Assembly (NCBI RefSeq): GCF_018977255.1
Contig: NW_024704744.1
Coordinates: 496,001 to 560,000 of the forward strand
Length of the DNA stretch: 64,000 nucleotides
Direction: 5' to 3'
Source of the DNA: Callorhinchus milii
Lineage: Eukaryota
A program made the position numbers and the translations under genes. Below the pieces are notes generated by a model. That model worked only from the letters and a program-made list of their open reading frames with translations. It made no database searches and was not told the origin of the DNA. Within the stretch, counting starts at the first letter, position 1, and each line of letters opens with the position of its first letter. Positions 22,560 to 32,840 of the stretch are shown piece after piece.

Positions 22560-24635
22560 TATGAGTTGCACCTTGTGGATGGTGAAACTTGTGAGATTGA
22601 CTTGTTAGGAACATAGCCCTGAGTTTAGGCCCACATTCCCCACCCTCTGTCACCAAACTCATCCTGTCCCTGAACCCACCACCTGCTCCCTTGACCCCAT
22701 CCCCACTCCACTCCTTATCTCCCAGCTCCACCTCCTTGCCCCACATATCACAGACATCGTCAACCTGTTCCTCTCCTGTGGCTCTGTTCCCATTCCCTTA
22801 AAAACTGCCACCATCACTCCCACCTTGAAAAAACCCTCTCTTGATGCGTCGCAGCTATCAATCTCCGGCCCATCTCCAACCTCCCCTTCCTGTCCAAGGT
22901 CCTGGAACGAGTTGTGGCCTCACAGCTGCGCTCTTTCCTCTCCACCCATTCACTATTCGAACCCCTTCAGTCGGGTTTCCGTGCTGCCCATAGCACAGAA
23001 ACTGCCCTGGTCAAGGTCACCAATGATATCCTGACCATCTGTGACCAGGGCTCCCTCTGCCTCCTCGTCCTCCTCGACCTATCGGCAGCATTCGATATGG
23101 TCAACCACGTTATCCTTCTCCACCGCTTGTCCTCCCACCTCAACCTTCAAGGCCCTGTCCTTGAGTGGTTTAGGTCGTACCTCTCCCACCGTCTTCACTT
23201 TGCTTCCACGAATGGCTTTTCCTCCACCCCCCGTACTGTCTCGTGCGGTGTCCCTCAGGGCTCTGTCCTCGGTCCCCTCCTCTTCACCCTCTATATGCTC
23301 CCCCTGTGGTGACATCATCCGCAGACATGGGGTTAACTTCCACATGTATGCGGATGACACCCAACTCTACCTTTCCTCCTCTACTCTCAACTCCACGACC
23401 CCCGATGTCCTGACAGCTGTCTGTCCGACATCGAGTCCTGGACGAGAGAAAACTTTCTTCAGCTCAACGTGCGCAAAACTGAGGCCCTCCTGATTGGCTC
23501 ACGTCAGCGTCTCCGCACCTCAGGCGCTGACAGCATCAGCATCAAAGGCTGCACTCTCCACCTCTCAAAGCCATCAGGAAACTCAGCTGTTCCTGATGGC
23601 TTTGAGAGGTGGAGAGTGCAGCCTCTCTGTTCTGTTCGACCCTGAGCTGTCCTTTCTCCCTCATATCCGCGCCACAACTGGCACCGCCTTCCATCACCTC
23701 CGGAATGTCGCCAGACTACGGCACTACCTCACCCCTCACGGGGCTGAAACTCTGGTCCACACCTTTGTCACCTCAAGGCCGGACTATGGGAACTCTCCTC
23801 GTCGGCATTCCCGGCCCTCCCTCCACACTGCAGGTCATTCAGAACTCTGCAGCTCGTGTACTGTCCCGCACCAGACACCGCGACCACATCACTCCCACCC
23901 TCGCCCTCACTCTCCTCCACTGGCTCCCCATCCTCCAGAGGATCCAATTCAAGATCCTCATCCTCACCTACAAGGCCATTCACGGCCTCGCTCCCTCCTA
24001 CCTCTCCAACCTACTGTCCCCCTACCTACCTGCCCGTACCCTCCGTTCCTCTGGCTCCGATCTGCTCAGATCCCGCGCCCCAACTGCCCTACCATCGGTG
24101 GCCGGGCCTTCAGCCTCTCAGCCCCGAGGCTCTGGAACCCCCAATGCCTTCGCCGCTTCCTCCCTTTCCTCCTTCAAGGCCGGTCTCAAGACCTTTCTCT
24201 TTGACCGTACTTTCAGCTCCCCTCTCGACTCTCTACCCCCTCCTCGCTCCCTCCCTTCCTTCCCTCCCCTCACATTGACCATTTTCACCCCCTCCTCGCT
24301 CCCTACCTCCCCTCCTCTCACCCTGACCATTTCCCCCCTCCTCGCTCCCTTCCTCCCTCCCTTCCCTCCCCTCACCCTGACCATTTCCCCCCTCCTCGCT
24401 CCCTTCCTCCCTCCCTTCCCTCCCCTCACCCTGACCATTTCCCCCCTCCTCGCTCCTTCCCTTCCCTCCCCTCACCCTGACCATTTCCCCCCTCCTCGCT
24501 CCCTTCCTTCCCTCCCCTCACCCTGACCATTTCCCCCCCTGCTATGGTCCTGACCCAGCTGTCCAGCGCCTTGGTACGTCCTCCCGACGTGAAAGGCGCT
24601 CTATAAATGAAATCTTGTTGTTGTTGTTGTTGATG
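22560..24635 (+). mobile_element. L2 LINE, RT core through 3' end, with an expanded C/T-rich repeat in the 3' UTR
   Basis: [27 protein letters not shown]...[13 protein letters not shown]...[20 protein letters not shown] / [21 protein letters not shown]. Repeat ccctcaccctgaccatttccccc... at 24230-24540; tail gtgaaaggcgctctataaat...(ttg)n. Confidence 0.93.
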
Positions 24636-24761
24636 CAGTCCCAGTATCCTGGGAAGAGTCAGCATTTTACTTTGGCAAAAAATATGGGTCAAAACCCCTG
24701 ACCCCAGCACCACACCCCTACCCCTGTACACAACACAAATTAGTGGCTGCAATCACCTACA

Positions 24762-25112
24762 AGTCCTGTAGCACAATGGTTAGAGCGCTCGCCTCGCGAG
24801 CGAGAGCACCCGGGTTTCATTCCCAAATGGGACAAAACCTTAGGCACGTTTCCTAACTCCACACGTCTCTGTTTACCAGCAGTGAGTAGGAACCCAGTTG
24901 TTAGTCGATTGGCAGATCGTTTTCAGGGGTAATAATTCCTTGAAAAAAATGTGGTCACTCATCCACGACTGTTTGTGGGACACCATGGCTGCCATGTTTC
25001 ACCCACAAAAATATAGTAAATTCACTTTACAGTATATTCCGTGAAGGACTTTGAGACGTCTTGAGGATGTGAAAAGTGCTATATCAAATGCAAGAATTAT
25101 TATTATTATTAT
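24762..25112 (+). mobile_element. tRNA-derived SINE, long-central-domain variant (also 45747-46123 and 57702-58094)
   Basis: Head agtcctgtagcacaatggttagagcgctcgcc...gggtttcattccc; extra segment ctgtttaccagcagtgagtaggaacccagttgttagtcgattgg; tail tgcaagaattattatt. Confidence 0.85.
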
Positions 25113-25699
25113 ATTCTGTTGAGCGCTTTGAGATGTCTCAACGATGTGATAAGGCACTATATCAAATGCAAGGATTAAAAAATTAAAATGCTTTACTGCA
25201 ATTCGTGTGAAGCACTTTGAGTCCTCCTCCCGAGATCAAAGACTGGGATTACTATTAGAATTCAGTCGTAATATCACCAGTTTGAAATCCCCAGGGGGTG
25301 ACCAGTGTACAGCCCAGAGCTGGAGGAGGGGTCAGGATGGGAAGGAAGGGGTGAGACTGGCTGACAGCGGACAGAGTTGACCCTGGCTATTGGCCTGTGC
25401 CTGAGGTCCTGCCCTGCTTGTGAGCTGTGTGGTGTGGGTCTGGTCACGTACGCCATGTCTGCCTCTGCCACTCACACACTGGCAACAGGAACACAGCTTA
25501 CGCGCTGTTGGGGGGAACACAGAATAAATCTATCATTGCGAGTCTGCCCCACACGCCCCACTGCCTGCCTTTTCCCTCGGCTCCCAGCACGGGCAGCATT
25601 CCTCCACCGACTCTGATTGCGGATTTTGTTCCATCAATTGCCTTTCTTTTCTTTTTTTTTTAAAAATAAAATGGACTTTGGACATTGGCGCATACGTTC

Positions 25700-26950
25700 C
25701 CAGTGTTTCGTGGCCAAGTTTACAGAGAGCCCTGGGACCCGGAGCAGAGATCAGCGCAACAAAAAAAAATAACCACATGGACGCAATATCAGCCGGGGCT
25801 CGATTTCAATCTATGGACTGAATGACTGTGAACTCGCGCCTGAAAACAAACATCTTTATTTTAACTTAAAAAACACGCAATTACAATCCTTTTTATGTTG
25901 GACGGTGGGAGAGAGATTCAAGTGAAATTCAGTGTGTGGCGGTTTGGTCGGATTAGGGTTTTAATGTGATTGATATTATTATTATTATTACAGTTGTGGC
26001 TCTGCGGCTCAGTGTTTCTTTTAACCTTTTTTGGGGCACTTTAGGCAATTTTAGACATTTTAATTTAAGTTGTAAACGTGTTTTTCACCCCAAAGTGATG
26101 GTTTGACCCCGGACACCGCAGGTTGGTACTGTAAACACAAACACAAGTTATTTTTATTTGTGGTGTTTTTGTGAAGAAAAATACAGTGAAAATGGTTAAA
26201 TCCCATGTGGTTCCCGGTGATGGAGCCCCGCCCCCCGCTCCGGCCCCGCCCCCCGCCCCGCCCCTAGACACGCCCCCAGGCACGTACACATCCCTCGCCC
26301 CCCCCCCGACCAGGCCACGCCCACAACCCCGCGCCCAGGCACGTCCACATCCCCAGCCCCGCCCCCGCCCCGCCTCCAGCCCCGCCCACACCTCCAGCCC
26401 CGCCCACACCTCCCGCCCCGCCTCCAGCCCCGCCCACCTCCAGCCCCGCCCACACCTCCAGCCCCGCCCACACCTCCAGCCCCGCCCACACCTCCAGCCC
26501 CGCCCACACCCCAGCCCCGCCCACGCCAGCCCCGCCCACACCCCAGCCCCGCCCGCCCCAGCCCCGCCCACACCCCCAGCCCGCCCCAGCCCCGCCCACA
26601 CCCCAGCCCCGCCCACCCCAGCCCCCGCCCCAGCCCCGCCCACACCCGCAGCCCCGCCCACACCCGCAGCCCCGCCCCCGCGGGTTGTTGACTGCGGAGT
26701 GCGTCCTCTCCGCAAACCGCAGACTCCGGGGCGGCGCCGCGGCGGATCCTCAGCTCTGAAACTAAAACACCGCAAACAGCAGAACACCGCGTCTCGGAGC
26801 CGCTGTTTGTGCCGCGGGACCACCGCGCGGCTCTGTGATGTGTGTCCGTGTACAGAGGTGCGGATCGCTGAGCGGTAATACAAAGGCGCGATCCGGGTCC
26901 GTGTACTCCGCTTCACTGCGCACATCGCGGCTCAACCGGAGTCCCGCATT
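25700..26950. promoter_or_regulatory. CpG island with a tandem GC-box (CCCCGCCC) array; candidate promoter and first exon
   Basis: Dense CpG compared with the depleted background; dozens of ccccgccc motifs at 26225-26680; candidate donor gagcg|GTAATA near 26874. Confidence 0.55.
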
Positions 26951-26963
26951 CAGGACTTCATTG

Positions 26964-28340
26964 TCACAGAGAGTCACAGAGAGAAACAGAGAGTCACAGA
27001 GAGAAACAGAGAGTCACAGAGAGAAACAGAGAGTCACAGAGAGAAACAGAGAGAAACAGAGAGTCACAGAGAGAAACAGAGAGTCACAGAGAGAAACAGA
27101 GAGTCACAGAGAGAAACAGAGAGTCACAGAGAGAAACAGAGAGTCACAGAGAGAAACAGAGAGTCACAGAGAGAAACAGAGAGTCACAGAGAGTCACAGA
27201 GAGAAACAGAGAGACACAGAGAGTCACAGAGAGTCACAGAGAGACACAGAGAGTCACAGAGAGTCACAGAGAGAGTCACAGAGAGTCAAACAGAGAGTCA
27301 CAGAGAGTCAAACAGAGAGTCACAGAGAGTCACAGAGAGTCACAGAGAGTCACAGAGAGAAACAGAGAGTCACAGAGAGTCACAGAGAGACACAGAGAGT
27401 CACAGAGAGACACAGAGAGAAACAGAGAGTCACAGAGAGACACAGAGAGAAACAGAGAGTCACAGAGAGAAACAGAGAGTCACAGAGAGACACAGAGAGT
27501 CATAGAGAAAAACAGAGAGTCACAGAGAGACACAGAGAGTCACAGAGAGAAACAGAGAGTCACAGAGAGAAACAGAGAGTCACAGAGAGAAACAGAGAGT
27601 CAGAGAGTCACAGAGAGTCACAGAGAGAAACGGAGAGTCACAGAGAGAAACGGAGAGTCACAGAGAAACAGAGAGTCACAGAGAGAGAGACAGAGAGAAT
27701 CACAGAGAGAGAGAGTCACAGAAGAGAGAGTCACAGAGAGAAACAGAGTCACAGAGAGAGAGAGAGAGTCACAGAGAGAGAGAGAGACAGAGAGTCACAG
27801 AGAGAGTCAGAGAGAAACAGAGAGTCACAGAGAGAGACAGAGAGTCACAGAGAGAAACAGAGAGAGAGACAGAGAGAAACAGAGACACAGAGAGTCACAG
27901 AGAGCGAGAGACAGAGAGAAACAGACAGAGAGTCACAGAGAGGGAGAGAGACAGAGAGAGAGTCACAGAGACACAGACAGAGTGACAGACGCAGAGAGTC
28001 AGAGAGAGAGACAGAGTCACAGACAGAGAGTCACAGAAAGACAGAGTCACAGAGAGAGAGACAGAGAGAGACACAGACGGAGAGTCATAGAGAGAGACAG
28101 AGACACAGAGAGAGACAGAGAGAGGGAGAGTCACAGAGAGAGACAGAGAGTGACAGACAGTCACAGAGAGAAACACACACAGACACACACACAGAGAGAC
28201 ACCGACACACAGAGAGTGAGAGAGACACAGAGTGAGAGAGACACAGAGAATGAGAGACACAGAGAATGAGAGACACAGAGAGTGAGACACAGAGAGAGAG
28301 TCACAGAGAGAGAGTCACACAGAGAGAGAGAGACACAGGA
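26964..28340. repeat. Compound purine-rich micro/minisatellite (agagagtcac / agagagaaac units decaying into GA/GACA repeats)
   Basis: A 10-bp periodicity is directly visible. It generates the spurious 466-aa ORF. Confidence 0.95.
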
Positions 28341-28436
28341 CAGGGCACTCGGGGGTAAAGTACAGCGCATCACTGGAGGGGAGATCACACCTCCAATGCC
28401 CCCACTCCGAAACCTGCTGCTGGGTACCAGGTCAAT

Positions 28437-29035
28437 ATCTCACACACACACACTAGTGAGCACACACACACACACTAGTGAGCACACACACCCACACTAG
28501 TGAGCACACACACCCACACTAGTGAGCACACACACACACACTAGTGAGCACACACACACAGACTAGTGAGCATCTCACACACAGACTAGTGAGCATCTCA
28601 CACACAGACTAGTGAGCATCTCACACACAGACTAGTGAGCATCTCACACACAGACTAGTGAGCATCACACACACAGACTAGTGAGCATCACACACACACT
28701 AGTGAGCATCTCACACACACTAGTGAGCATCTCACACACACTAGTGAGCACACACACACTAGTGAGCACACACACACTAGTGAGCACACACACACTAGTG
28801 AGCACACACACACTAGTGAGCACACACACACTAGTGAGCACACACACACTAGTGAGCACACACACACTAGTGAGCACACACACACTAGTGAGCACACACA
28901 GACTAGTGAGCATCTCACACACACTAGTGAGCATCTCACACACAGACTAGTGAGCATCACACACACACTAGTGAGCATCTCACACATACACACACTAGTG
29001 AGTATCTCACACACACACACTAGTGAACACACACA
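28437..29035. repeat. 20-22-bp minisatellite with palindromic core CACTAGTG
   Basis: Units such as cacacacacactagtgagca and tctcacacacagactagtgagca. Confidence 0.95.
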
Positions 29036-29419
29036 CACACGGGAACACCCATCACCCCCTCTCACATACACACACTAATCCGCAGCAGTGTGTTCACACC
29101 TGTGCGCGCGGTGAGGCGGTCACTGCGGTCACTTTTGTTGATGTTTTGGACCTCTTAACTTTCCAGTTCAGGAGATTAGTTATTTGGTCAATTGTATCGA
29201 AATCAGTGGTCAGTGGTCACAGGAATCAGAAGATATCAACCACTTGTGTGTGTATCAGTGTGGGTTTGTGTGTGAGAGGGAGAGGGGGGGAGGGAGGGAG
29301 GGAGGGAGGGAGAGGTTGTGGGGGACAGGGAGTGGGATTAGAGAGCTCCAGTCTGGGAGTGAGCACCAGATTGAATCAATCAAAGAGAACATGGCTTTGT
29401 GAGGGAGAGGTCCAGGAGG

Positions 29420-30720
29420 ACGCGGAGGCGGAGGCGGAGGCGGAGGCCGCTCTGGGCTCTGGTTGCAGACAGAGAGGATATCATCTGTGACTTTGACAAA
29501 TGTCTGTGTGTTGTGGGCAGTCGGGGCGACAACCAGACCGCAGCGGCTCGAGGAGGGCCCGTACCCTCCGTTCCTCTGGCTCCAGTCTGCTCCACATCCC
29601 CCGCCCCAACCGCCCGACCATCGGTGGTCGGGCCTTCAGCCTCTCAGCCCCGAGGCTCTGGAACTCCATCCCCAGTGCCTTCGCCGCCTCCTCCCTTTCC
29701 TCCTTCAAGGCCGGTCTCAAGACCTTTCTCTATGACCGTACCTTCAGCTCCCCTCTCGACTCTCTACCCCCTCCTCACTCCCTCCCTTCCCTCCCCTCAC
29801 CCTGACCATTTCCCCCCTCCTCGCCCCTTCCCTCCCCTCACCCTGACCATTTCCCCCCTCCTCGCTCCCTCCCTTCCCCCCCTCACCCTGACCATTTCCC
29901 CCCTCCTCGCTCCCTCCCTTCCCTCCCCTCACCCTGACCATTTCCCCCCTGCTCGGGTACCGACCCAACTGTCCTTGGGACATCCTCCCGATTTGAAAGG
30001 CGCTCTATAAATGTTGTTGTTGTTGTTAAGGGAGTGGAGGGAGAGGTGACTTGCAACAGTGAGTTCCAGGAGTTCAGCAAGGAAGGGTAGTTTGGAAATG
30101 GGAGGGTAGTGTGAGAGATTAGAGGGATTGAGGGTGTTTTTTCTTAGGAGTGTGATAACAGCAGTTTACAGGGTGAATGGAACAAAGCCTGAGGAGAGAG
30201 ACAGGTTGACCATGTCGGCCGGCAGTGGGGAGAGGAGGGGGAGGTGAATGACCAGCAGCTGGGTGGGGAGGAGGGTCAAGGCAGTAGGTGGTGAACTTCA
30301 TTGTGTTTGAGAGGGAGGAGGGAGAAATGGGGTCAAAAGAATGTAAGTACGGGGTAGTAGCAGGAGCTGTGGAGGTGCGAGAAGGTGGTATGGATGGTCT
30401 GAGTGGGGTGGAAGGGGACATAGGAGGGTGAGGACGATGCAGCCAAGTGGATGTTTTCGATCTTTGAGGAGAAGAAATCTAGGACCTCTTCTCACTTGGC
30501 GTTTGAGGGGCTTGGGGGGTGCACAGAGGAGGTAAAGGTCGGAAGAAAACAGTGTCTTTGGGTTGTTTTGGGCCTCCAAGATGACTTTGGAGTAAAATCG
30601 CCCATTATGAGCAGGTGTTCAGTGCAGAGGGAGAGGGATGAGAGGAGAGAGGAGATATTGGTGAGAAAGGAGCCAGGAGTTTTTTTGGGGGGCAGTAAAC
30701 CAGGAGGATTTTGAGGGAAA
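29420..30720. mobile_element. L2 fragments: plus-strand 3' end (29420-30030) and minus-strand endonuclease-region piece (30050-30720)
   Basis: [21 protein letters not shown]...FKAGLKTFLYD on plus; EHLLIMGDFTP on minus. Confidence 0.8.
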
Positions 30721-30729
30721 GAGAGGAGG

Positions 30730-30785
30730 GATGGTAGCGGACCTGGAAGTGACTTCACGCAGTGAGATTCGGGCCGTTGTTCAGG
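30730..30785 (+). promoter_or_regulatory. Candidate alternative promoter or non-coding first exon for the ZNF395-like gene
   Basis: ETS-like GGAAGTGAC in a CpG-rich unique stretch (30730-31090), with possible donors cag|GTGGGA at about 30784 and 30925. Confidence 0.3.
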
Positions 30786-32110
30786 TGGGAGATTTCAACA
30801 AGGCAACTCCGTGCCTAAAGCAGCCGAACTTTCTCCTCGCCGGTCACTAACCACCGCTCATTCGACCACCTGCGGTCGCTCGCTCCCATCTGATCTCAGC
30901 GGTCGCTCATTTACTGCGATTCAGGTGGGAGGTTTGAAATTTCGTCTCTGTTCCTGGACCCGCAAATGGGCCCCGCTCCGCCCGAGGCCAACTTTGTCCC
31001 ACTGTCGTGGTCCGAACCTTCAACCCTCTCACCGATCACTGCCCACTCTTTCACCCGTGGCCCGAGCTCTCGCAGCTCACGTTTGCTCTCAGCTCTCACT
31101 GCTCGCGTCTCTATTCCCTTGGACTCTATTCCCTTGAGTTCAGAAGGTTGAGGGGTGATCTGATTGAAATTCCTAAAATGATTAAGGGTTTCGATCGGGT
31201 AGCTACAGAGAAACTACTTCCTCTGGTGGGGGAATCCAGAGCGAGACAGCGTTTCACCCCCAAAACATATGGTGAATTCACTTTACAGTATATTCCGTGA
31301 AGCACTTTGAGGTGTCTCGAAGACTTGATAAGGCACTATATTAAATGGAAGAATTATTATTATTCTAATCTTAAAAATAGAGCTAGGCCATCCAGGAGTG
31401 AAATTCGGAAACAGTTTTTCACCCAAAGGATAGAGGAAATCAGGAACTCTCCCCCAGAAGGTTGTTGATCCATTCAAACGTTCAAGACCGAGGTGGCGAG
31501 ACATTTGTTAGGTTAGCGTATCGAGGGAATGGGGCACAAACAGGTAATTGGAATTGAGGTACAGGTCAGTCAGGATTCATACAAATGTAATTTTGTTATT
31601 GTAATAAAATAGTGGAACAGGCTCAGGGGGCTGAATGGCCTACTCCTCTTTCAACGTTCCTGGTACAGATATGATGGAGAGAGGAGAAGAATGGGATTAG
31701 AGCAGTGGTTCCAAACAAATTCTTTGTAGGTCTCAGTGGCAGTCAGCAATACTTTACTGGTGACTGCAGTGCCTGACCACAAAATTAAGTTTTCAGTCAA
31801 ACCTGCAGCAATTGAGATGATTGTTGCAGTGTACGTGAATAAGAGATCAGAACTGTTGGTCCAGTTTGGTAATCACACCTCACAATTCGCGGTGGAGCGG
31901 GGACTGTGTGGCCACAGTTAACAAACACTGGATTGGAATAGAGAGCTCCAGTGGGGATTGAGCACCAGCACAGACACCATGGGGAGCGAGCAGGGAATGA
32001 GGTTAGAGTTGAGAGCTCTAGTGGGGGAATCGAGCATCAGCACAGACATGGTGGGGAGTGAGCACCAGTACAGACTCGATTGGGAGAGATCAGGGAATAA
32101 TAATACTATA

Positions 32111-32469
32111 ATAATAATCCTTGCATTTGATATAGAGCTTTTCACGTCTTCTCAACGTCTCAAAGAGTGAAAAGCGCTATATCAAATGCAAGAATTATTA
32201 TTATTAAAGCGCTTCACAGAATAGACTGTAAAGTGAACTGACTGTATATTTGTGGGCGAACGCGGCAGCCAATTGCGCACAGCAATGTCCCACAAACAGT
32301 CGTAGATTGAAAATGACCAATTTATTATTGTTTTTGGTTTTGGAGGATTATTATTAGGCTCTGTGTGGAGTAAGGAAACTTGCCCAAGGTTTCACCCTCT
32401 GCCTGGAATTGAACTCAGATCTCTCGCTTGCAAAGCGAGTGCTCTAACCACTGAGCTACAGGACTCCAC
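32111..32469 (-). mobile_element. tRNA-derived SINE with an inverted tail fragment inserted
   Basis: Reverse head ctctaaccactgagctacaggactccac ends at about 32469; inverted tail copy at 32167-32201. Confidence 0.88.
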
Positions 32470-32588
32470 AATTAATATTAATGGGATTAGAGTAGAGAAC
32501 TCCAATGGGGGAGTGAGCACAGCGCAAACACAGTGGGGAAGGGTTTTGCCCTCTGACACGCAGTGTTTTCTTGTCCTTACAGGGTGTG

Positions 32589-32840
32589 ATGGCGAGTGCG
32601 TTGTCACGGCGCCTGGGGAAGCGCTCCCTACTGGGTGCTCTGGTGCACACACCTAACCCCGCAGGTGATGGGATGTTGATCCCCGGCCTGATCCAGGCAT
32701 TCCGATCCCACCCAGGCAAAGGGAAGTCCTCCTACACCGTGTCCTTTGAGGACGGGCGTTTCAAGGAGTGCGGTGAGGACAGCATCATTGGCCCAGGCTT
32801 CCAAAGTCTGAGCAGCTTCAGTCTGATCGCAGGACAGGAG
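32589..32840 (+). CDS. ZNF395: ZNF395-like coding exon 1
   Basis: Acceptor ttgtccttacAG (32581-82), ATG at 32589, donor GAG|GTACGA. Confidence 0.9.

Noticed and set aside
25270-25680. Unique GC-rich stretch with two AATAAA signals as a possible terminal exon
   Set aside because: It has no supported ORF, acceptor or upstream partner exon.
26065-26925. Pro/Gly-rich 150-286-aa ORFs
   Set aside because: They derive from the GC-box tandem array.
26835-28235. 466-aa ORF ([10 protein letters not shown] repeats)
   Set aside because: It is a translation of a stop-free GA/CA-type microsatellite, has no complex domain, and overlapping antisense ORFs are equally open.
29399-29545. Arg-rich ORF start and DIICDFDKC segment upstream of ZNF395-like
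   Set aside because: The minus strand reads FVKVTDDILSVCNQS, an L2 RT motif, and the Arg run comes from a (GGCGGA)n repeat.
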